Part shown: one piece after another, positions 57,987 to 64,000 of the stretch
Layout: every line of letters begins with the position of its first letter
Position numbering within the stretch: the stretch's first letter is position 1
Assembly: GCA_965223505.1 (NCBI GenBank)
Contig: CBDCWP010000012.1
Coordinates: forward strand, 32,001-96,000
Source: Planctomycetota bacterium
Lineage (GTDB): Bacteria; Planctomycetota; PLA2; JAEUHO01
Direction: 5' to 3'
Length of the DNA stretch: 64,000 nucleotides
Position numbers and translations under genes: made by a program
The notes under the pieces: model-generated
What the model was told of the DNA's origin: nothing
What the model saw: the letters and a program-made list of their open reading frames with translations, nothing else
The model's database searches: none

Positions 57987-58439
57987 TCACCGGTCGAGGC
58001 GTCCCGGCGTGCCGGGTTCCTTGGCCTCGCGCTCCGCGCGCTCCCGGAACGCGCGCGCGCGATCCAACGCGCCTTGCACGTCCGTCTCCCCCGGCTCGAG
58101 CGGGATCGGCTTCATCGTGAGCACGTGCCGGTAGTCCCGCGTCGGAACGGTCGTCTCGAAGAACAGATCGATGACCGGTGTCCCCTCCAGCCCGACGGGG
58201 ACTTCGATCTCCGTGTTGATCGACTGGTACCCCGGCTTCTCGAGCCGCACCCAGAACGTCCCCGGGTAGTCGAACGGATAGCGGATCGGGGTGGTCTGCG
58301 GTTGGCGCTCCCCGTTGATCCACGCGGTCGCGCCCGACGGGTCGCTCTCGATGATGAGCGTGCGCTGCGTCGAACACCCGGCGGTCAGCAGCAGGACCGA
58401 GCAAACGAGCAGGGCCCGGTGGGAGAAGCACGTACGCAT
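57987..58439 (-). CDS. PEGA-domain lipoprotein
   Basis: Lipobox LTAG-C; IESDPSGA..NG..TP and LEKPGY. Confidence 0.8.
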   Translation of the reverse strand: MRTCFSHRALLVCSVLLLTAGCSTQRTLIIESDPSGATAWINGERQPQTTPIRYPFDYPGTFWVRLEKPGYQSINTEIEVPVGLEGTPVIDLFFETTVPTRDYRHVLTMKPIPLEPGETDVQGALDRARAFRERAEREAKEPGTPGRLDR

Positions 58440-58521
58440 TGCGCCCGATTATGCCTCGGAGTGCGCCATCGCCACGCGCGCAGGACGGAGAGCGTGACCG
58501 GCGCGGTACAATCCGCTCGAC

Positions 58522-59307
58522 ATGTCCTCGACCCGTGCAACGACCGATCTCGTCGATCTCCGCCGGCCGATCTTGGGCCAGGTCGGCGCGCTGGGGGACG
58601 CGTACGACGCGTGGGTGCACGACGCGATCGGCGTGCGCGCCGCCAAAGACGCGAACGCGCGCGTCGCCTCGGATGCCGAAGTGCGTCAGCCGCCGCGCTG
58701 GTCGAGCTCGCTTCGCATCTTCCGCAACGACGTGCTCGAGCTGATGAGCCACATTCCGTGGTGGATCGTCCCCGTCGTGTGGGTGCCCATCGTGGCCCTG
58801 CTCTTCGGCGGCGCGATCGAGTGGCTCGGCCTGGCGCCCGGGCGGGCCGCCCTGTGGGCCGGCGTCGGCCTGGTCCTCTGGACGCTCACCGAGTACGTCC
58901 TGCACCGCTTCGTCTTCCACTACAAGCCGCGCTCCGCCTTCGGCCGAAAGTTCCACTTCCTCGCGCACGGCATCCATCACCTCGATCCGTGGGACGGCAC
59001 CCGGCTCGTGTTCCCGCCCGTCGCGGGGCTGGTCATCGCCACCGGGATCTACGGGCTGCTGCGCATCTTGCTGCCCACGCCCGAAGCGATGGCCGCGATG
59101 GCAGGCCTCTTGATCGGCTACATGATCTACGACCTCACGCACTACTACACGCACCATGCGAGGCCGCGCTCGCGCTGGGGCAAGTTCCTCAAGCGCTACC
59201 ACCTCGCGCATCACCACAAGCACTGGGAGCGCATGTTCGGCGTGAGCCAGCCGCTGTGGGACATCGTGTTCCGCACGGGCATGCCGAAGGACGATCGCCC
59301 GGCATGA
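58522..59307 (+). CDS. Fatty acid hydroxylase / sterol desaturase family protein (FA2H-like)
   Basis: EYVLHRFVFH, HGIHH, YDLTHYYTHH, HLAHHH, FGVS..WD..F.T. Confidence 0.9.
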   Translation: MSSTRATTDLVDLRRPILGQVGALGDAYDAWVHDAIGVRAAKDANARVASDAEVRQPPRWSSSLRIFRNDVLELMSHIPWWIVPVVWVPIVALLFGGAIEWLGLAPGRAALWAGVGLVLWTLTEYVLHRFVFHYKPRSAFGRKFHFLAHGIHHLDPWDGTRLVFPPVAGLVIATGIYGLLRILLPTPEAMAAMAGLLIGYMIYDLTHYYTHHARPRSRWGKFLKRYHLAHHHKHWERMFGVSQPLWDIVFRTGMPKDDRPA

Positions 59308-60389
59308 AGTACGCGGTCTGGCTGATCGTGATCGGCGCGGCCGGGGTCTGGTACTTCTTTCTTCGCGACGACCCGGCGCCGCCGCCGCCCGCACGAGAAA
59401 ACGCCGTCGACCGCATCGGACGCTTCCCCCGGTCGCAGTTCTACATCGAGCACGACCGGTTCCTGCCGGCCAACGAGCCGGCGACGGTGCCCGCGGCGCA
59501 AGCCTCGTTCCTACGCCACGACGACGAGGTGTTCGGGGTGGTCGTGCGCGGACAGGCGCGCGCGTATCCGGTGACGATGATCTCGTATCACCACGTGGTG
59601 AACGACCTGATCCGCGGCATTCCGATCGCCGTCACCTACTGAGTCATCTGCTCGTCCGGGATCGGTTTCGATCCCGTCGTGAACGACCGCCGGTTGACCT
59701 TCGGCTTCGAGGGCATCTTCCAGGGGACGGCCGTGCTCTACGACCACCAGACGCGTTCGCTGTGGATGCACCTGACCGGCGAGTGCTTCGAAGGCGAGCT
59801 CGAGGGCGTGGTGCTGGAACGCATGCCGACGGGCCGCCACACGACCTGGTCGGACTGGCGGCGCACGCACCCGGCCGGCGACGTCATGAAGCCCGATCCG
59901 CGCCTCATGGGCCGGCGCGATGACCGCGGGTACTTCGGGCGCACGAGCGCCGCCAGCGGCTCGAGCTACCTACCGGCCGACTTCGGGCCGACGATCCAGA
60001 CGCGCGACCGCCGGCTCGCGCTCTCGGATCTCGTCTACGGCATCGACGTGGGGGGCGTCACGCGCGCCTACGCGTTCCAAGACCTCGAGAAGACGCCGGT
60101 CGTCGAAGAGACCGTCAACGGGGTGCCCGTGACGATCTGGTACGACCGCGCCTCACGCTCTGCCGCGGCGTTTCGGCGCGACGTCGGCGAGCTTTCGTTC
60201 TCCTTCACGACGGACGACAACGGCGTGCGGACCGATCGGGAGACGCGAAGCGTCTGGAATATGGAAGGGGTGTGTGTCGGCGGCGCCTCCACCGACCTGC
60301 GCCTCACGCCCCTTCGCGGCTTGATGGCGGAGTGGTACGGATGGTTCGCCAATCACCCCGAAACGTCGTTGTGGGGGCGCGACGAATGA
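59304..60389 (+). CDS. DUF3179-family selenoprotein (in-frame TGA at 59640-59642 read as Sec; UxxC motif)
   Basis: One frame from ATG 59304 to TGA 60389 with a single internal TGA in TY-U-VIC-SSG (family TYCxxC). Family motifs lie on both sides (ARAYP, HHVVND; LYDHQTRSLW, TTWSDW, W...HPET). ATGA overlaps at both ends. Confidence 0.85.
59657..59676 (+). promoter_or_regulatory. Bacterial SECIS-like hairpin
   Basis: CGGGATCG-GTTT-CGATCCCG: perfect 8-bp stem with a G-initiated loop, 22 nt after the UGA. Confidence 0.7.
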
Positions 60390-61288
60390 CGTCGCCGTTG
60401 TCGCGTCTCGTCCACAAGGTCGCGTTCGCCACCGGCTACTCGAGGCGCGCCGCAACACGCCGATCCGCGGCGCGGGTCCTGATGTTCCACGGCGTGGGCG
60501 GCGACGCGTTTCCCGCGTCGAAGCTTCGGGCGGTGCTGACCTACTGCAAGCGCAACTTCGACGTCGTGCCGCTCGGCGGGCTCGCCGAGCGCCTGCGGTC
60601 GGGCGACGGGGCGAACGCGCTCGCGTTGACGTTCGATGACGGGCTGCGCAACAACGCGACGCTCGCGGCGCCGCTGCTCGCGGAGCTGTCGTTGTCGGCG
60701 ACGTTCTTCGTCTGTCCGACGCTCCTCGACGAGGGCCGATGGCTCTGGAACCACGAGGTGCGCGAACGGCTGCATTCGATGTCGGTCGCCGATCGCACCA
60801 CGGTGCGCGTTCACGACATCGAAGCGGCCATCGAGCGGATGAAGGCCATGGACCTGCCCTCGCGCGAAGCCGAGGAGACCCGGATCCGCGACGCGACGCC
60901 GCATTTCGAACCCGACGCCGCGCAACGTGCCGCCTTCGACATGATGTCGTGGGACGACCTGCGGGCGCTCGATGAGCGCGTCGTCACCGTCGGGTCCCAC
61001 AGCCTCAGTCATCCGATCCTGCCGACGCTCGACGACGACGGCCTCCTGCGCGAGATCCGCGACAGCCGCGCGCGGCTGGAGGCGCGGCTCGACCGCACGG
61101 TCGACCTGTTCTGCTACCCGAACGGATCCGAGGACGACCGCGTGCGCGACTGCGTCGCCGCGCACTACCGGGCTGCCGTGACGACGGCCCCCGGGTTCGC
61201 CACCGACGGCGACGACCCGTACCGCCTGGGCCGGATCGGAGCCGTGCCCGACCTCGCCGAGCTCGCCTGGCGGCTGCACCGACCCTGA
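60386..61288 (+). CDS. Polysaccharide deacetylase (NodB/CE4 family)
   Basis: LMFHGV, LTFDDG, GSHSLSH, FCYPNG. Confidence 0.9.
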   Translation: MTSPLSRLVHKVAFATGYSRRAATRRSAARVLMFHGVGGDAFPASKLRAVLTYCKRNFDVVPLGGLAERLRSGDGANALALTFDDGLRNNATLAAPLLAELSLSATFFVCPTLLDEGRWLWNHEVRERLHSMSVADRTTVRVHDIEAAIERMKAMDLPSREAEETRIRDATPHFEPDAAQRAAFDMMSWDDLRALDERVVTVGSHSLSHPILPTLDDDGLLREIRDSRARLEARLDRTVDLFCYPNGSEDDRVRDCVAAHYRAAVTTAPGFATDGDDPYRLGRIGAVPDLAELAWRLHRP

Positions 61289-61384
61289 CACCGACCAAAC
61301 GGCCCCCAGGCTCGGGGAGTTCGCCGTCCGGTGTTTCGGGATAATGACCGATTGCCATGGCAGAGGCTCTTGGGAGGCAGGTCG

Positions 61385-62299
61385 ATGGCCGGTTGGAAGC
61401 GTCGTTCGTTGGTCCTCGTCTCGCTGCTGTGCACGGCATGCGCTGCGAACACCGGTGCCGGGACGCCGCCGGGACAGGTTCCGCCGCCGCCGCCCGGCCC
61501 GTCGCTCTCGATCACCAGCTCCGTCGGGTTGCCCCAACGCGTCGTGACACCCGCGCCGGCGCAGCCGCCCGCGGCGGCCATCACGACGTCGGAGATCGGC
61601 AGTCCCGACGGACACCCCGAGGTCGCCCCGCCGCCCACGCCTGCGGTGGAGCCCGAAACGCCGGTCGTCGCGGAGGCGAAGCCGGCCCAGCTGCCGCCGA
61701 AGGAGTTCGTCTTTCGCCTCGAGGTCGGCGACGAGCTCGAGATCAAGGTCTGGCAGGAGCCCGAGCTCACGTCGCAGCAGCGCATCCTGCGTGACGGCAC
61801 CATCTCGCCCGCGTTGCTCAAGCCGATGAAGGCGGTCGGCAAGTCGATCCACGAATTGCACGACGAGCTCACCCTCGCGTACCGCGAGTACATCAACGAT
61901 CCGCGCGTCTCCGTCCGCATGGTGGACGTCTACCGCGACCGCGTCTTCTTCCTCGGCGAGGTGAAGACGCCGAGCGCGCATCAGATCATCGGGCCGACGA
62001 CGCTGCTGCAAGGCGTCGCGTTGGCCGGCGGCTTCAACGAAGGCCTGGCCGACAAGGCGACCGTGCGCATCGTTCGCACCCAGCGCGACGGCCGATCGCG
62101 GGTCTTCACCGTCAACACCGACCGGATCATGCGCGGCAACGGGCGGCGCGTGATGCTGGAGCCCGGCGACATCGTGTACGTGCATCCGACGGGGCTCACG
62201 GACTGGTCGCGCCGCTTCACGCAGCTGCTGTCGCCCCTGGGCGATCTGCTCGGGACGGCGGCCAGCGCGGCGGCGATCGCCGTCGCCATCAACGACTGA
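61385..62299 (+). CDS. Polysaccharide export protein (Wza/Poly_export plus SLBB)
   Basis: Probable lipoprotein signal; Pro-rich linker; LEVGDELEIKVW, DGTIS, GEVKTP, ALAGG, LEPGDIVYV. Confidence 0.88.
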   Translation: MAGWKRRSLVLVSLLCTACAANTGAGTPPGQVPPPPPGPSLSITSSVGLPQRVVTPAPAQPPAAAITTSEIGSPDGHPEVAPPPTPAVEPETPVVAEAKPAQLPPKEFVFRLEVGDELEIKVWQEPELTSQQRILRDGTISPALLKPMKAVGKSIHELHDELTLAYREYINDPRVSVRMVDVYRDRVFFLGEVKTPSAHQIIGPTTLLQGVALAGGFNEGLADKATVRIVRTQRDGRSRVFTVNTDRIMRGNGRRVMLEPGDIVYVHPTGLTDWSRRFTQLLSPLGDLLGTAASAAAIAVAIND

Positions 62300-62327
62300 C
62301 CGAACGGTCCGGCGGGGGAGCGCGACC

Positions 62328-63461
62328 TTGTCGAAGCTCACGGTCAGCCGCTGGGATGCCTCGCAGCTCGCGTCGGCGGAAGCCGCCTGGACCGAGCTGC
62401 TTCTCGCCTCGACCGCCGATCCGCTGTTCATGAGCTGGGACTGGCAGTCGCTCTGGTGGGCGGTGTTCTCGCGGCAGCCCTACGCCGAAGAGCGCGGGTT
62501 CGAGCTGCGGCTTCTGGTCGCCCACGACGGGAGCGGGGCGCTTTGCGGCATCGCGCCGCTCTACCGCGAGCGCACGCGCGTTCGGCGCATCCTCAAAGTG
62601 CGCCGGTTGCACTTCATCGGCAACTGCTGGAACGGCCCCGGCACGGTCCGCACGGAGTATCTGGACTTCATCGCGCCGCGCGGTCGTGAGAGCGAGGTGG
62701 CGTGCGCGTTCGTCGACCACCTGTTCGCGGAGGACGACTGGGACGAGTGGGTGCTCTCGGATCTCGAGCGCGGCAGCGCGACGCATCGCCTGCTGACCGC
62801 GCAGGACGTGCGCGGCGCGTTGGTGCGCGAGGCGAACGCGTTCGACAGCTATCTCGTCGAGACGAGCGACGGATTCGATACGTACCGTGCGGGCCTGAGC
62901 AAGAGCACGCGGTCGAAGATGTACAACCGGCGCGCGAACCTCGAGCGACACGGGGTCGTCGATCTCCGTCCTGTGGAGGCGTCGGGTCTCGACGAGGCCT
63001 TCAGGCGGTTGAACGCGCTGCACGAGATTCGTTGGGACATCGGGCTCTACGCAGGGCCGCGCATCGCGTTCCATCGAGAGCTCGCCGCGCGCTTCGCGGC
63101 GCGCGACGAGCTGCAACTCTCGCAGATGACGGTGGGCGGGCGTCTCGTCTCGATGCTGTACGACTTCGGCGTGGGCGCGCGTCGCTACAACGTGCAGTCG
63201 GCCTTCGACGAGCGGTTCGACCGCAAGCTCGCGTTGGGATCGCTGCATCTCGGATACGCCGTCGAAGCCGCGTTCGCCGAGGGTGCCGCCGTCTACGACC
63301 TGCTCGAAGGGGGTGGGAAGAAGACACAGTTCAAAGCGTCGATCGCGAACGCCCGCCGCCATTCGTCGACGCTGCAGGTCGTGCGATCGGCGAAGCTCAA
63401 GGCGGCCTACCGCCTGTACGACCGCGTGCGTGGGTCGAAGCGCCCGCGCGACGAGATGTAG
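62328..63461 (+). CDS. CelD/BcsL-type GNAT acyltransferase (exopolysaccharide-associated)
   Basis: PLFMSWDWQSLWW, GIAPL, EYLDFI, YDLLEGG...K. Confidence 0.82.
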   Translation: MSKLTVSRWDASQLASAEAAWTELLLASTADPLFMSWDWQSLWWAVFSRQPYAEERGFELRLLVAHDGSGALCGIAPLYRERTRVRRILKVRRLHFIGNCWNGPGTVRTEYLDFIAPRGRESEVACAFVDHLFAEDDWDEWVLSDLERGSATHRLLTAQDVRGALVREANAFDSYLVETSDGFDTYRAGLSKSTRSKMYNRRANLERHGVVDLRPVEASGLDEAFRRLNALHEIRWDIGLYAGPRIAFHRELAARFAARDELQLSQMTVGGRLVSMLYDFGVGARRYNVQSAFDERFDRKLALGSLHLGYAVEAAFAEGAAVYDLLEGGGKKTQFKASIANARRHSSTLQVVRSAKLKAAYRLYDRVRGSKRPRDEM

Positions 63462-63467
63462 CCGACG

Positions 63468-63502
63468 AAAAAAAGGCCCGCCGGCGTGAGCCGACGGGCC
63501 TT
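63468..63502 (-). terminator. Rho-independent terminator (possibly bidirectional)
   Basis: AAAAAAAGGCCCGCCGGC-GTGA-GCCGACGGGCCTT between convergent genes; U7 tract on the minus strand. Confidence 0.85.
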
Positions 63503-63525
63503 CGAAGTTCGTTCTCGCGTGTGAG

Positions 63526-64000
63526 CTAGAAGTTGAAGTTCACACCCAGGAAGAAGCTGTGGACGATCAGCTGATCGGTGTCCTGCTTCGCCTGGACCGC
63601 GCCGGTGACGGCGTTGCCGAAGTCCATCGCGTCGTGCGCGCGAAGGACGCTGTCCAGGAAGAAGAAGTTGTAGCCGGCCGTAACCGCGATGCGCGGCGTC
63701 AGGCGCAGCTTCACGCCGATGTCGGCATCGATGCCCCAGACGATCTCTTCGTCCTCCGACGAGGCCGAGTGCGAGCCGCCGGCGAAGATGTTCGCGTCGC
63801 TCACGTTGGCTTCGCGCGTCATGTTGCCGATCAAGCCCTTGACCGAGATCGTGAAGGTGATGCGGTCGCTGAGGTCGCGGTGCATCGCGCCGCCGAGCTG
63901 CGCGCCGATGAACGAGTTCTCGACGTCGCTCGCGACCGAAGCGGGGCCGCCGCCCGGGATGACCGGGTTGGCGAAGGCGCCCGTGAGCTCTTCGTCGAAG
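63526..64000 (-). CDS. Outer-membrane beta-barrel protein, BBP7-like; 5' end lies outside the window
   Basis: Frame open to the window end; amphipathic strands (ENSFIGAQLGG, AGYNFFF); terminal GVNFNF. Confidence 0.7.
   Translation of the reverse strand, partial: FDEELTGAFANPVIPGGGPASVASDVENSFIGAQLGGAMHRDLSDRITFTISVKGLIGNMTREANVSDANIFAGGSHSASSEDEEIVWGIDADIGVKLRLTPRIAVTAGYNFFFLDSVLRAHDAMDFGNAVTGAVQAKQDTDQLIVHSFFLGVNFNF

Noticed and set aside
18445..59307. Desaturase, hydroxylase, ino1, PAP2 and lnt as a lipid-biosynthesis cluster
   Set aside because: They are scattered over 40 kb in separate transcription units with no evidence of linkage.
23595..59394. Many long overlapping ORFs in the track (e.g. 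23595-26150 -, 23630-26287 +, 35501-38428 -, 43583-46015 +)
   Set aside because: Arg/Ala/Pro-rich shadow frames of real genes, expected in high-GC DNA; no family motifs.
59640..59642. Nonsense mutation (pseudogene) or two separate genes at the internal TGA
   Set aside because: The TGA sits at the expected first Cys of CxxC, a SECIS-like hairpin follows, and both halves look intact; Sec readthrough fits better.

Overview
GC-rich bacterial chromosomal window, gene-dense on both strands. The gene content (mcsA-mcsB-clpC without ctsR, a double-length UvrA, a BBP7-like beta-barrel, secreted prenyltransferase-fold proteins) suggests Planctomycetota; this is an inference. I see no rRNA, tRNA, CRISPR array, transposase or prophage. 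Recognisable genes include uvrA (partial), a Tat-exported xanthine/aldehyde oxidoreductase trio, apgM, lnt, dgt, dtd, thiE, an inositol-3-phosphate synthase, clpC, mcsB, mcsA, murD and the start of an exopolysaccharide locus. The strongest candidate for an undescribed system is 10.6-16.9 kb. It holds three translationally coupled, signal-peptide-bearing paralogues. Each has a phage-tail-type 'GADYAEW' autocleaving chaperone-like C-terminal domain and a hypervariable GGxLPS loop. They are followed by a full-length vitamin-K-dependent gamma-carboxylase (HTTM) homologue with an extra C-terminal domain. Other notable signals: a UGA-readthrough DUF3179-type selenoprotein with a SECIS-like hairpin, which the ORF track splits in two; an arylamine N-acetyltransferase-fold protein with Ser in place of the catalytic Cys; a VIT-vWA gene linked to a two-component system; a dispersed GTAG-type REP-like repeat family whose ends coincide with stop codons; and a sigma54-like promoter upstream of clpC. 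All family calls come from motif recognition by eye, not database searches.
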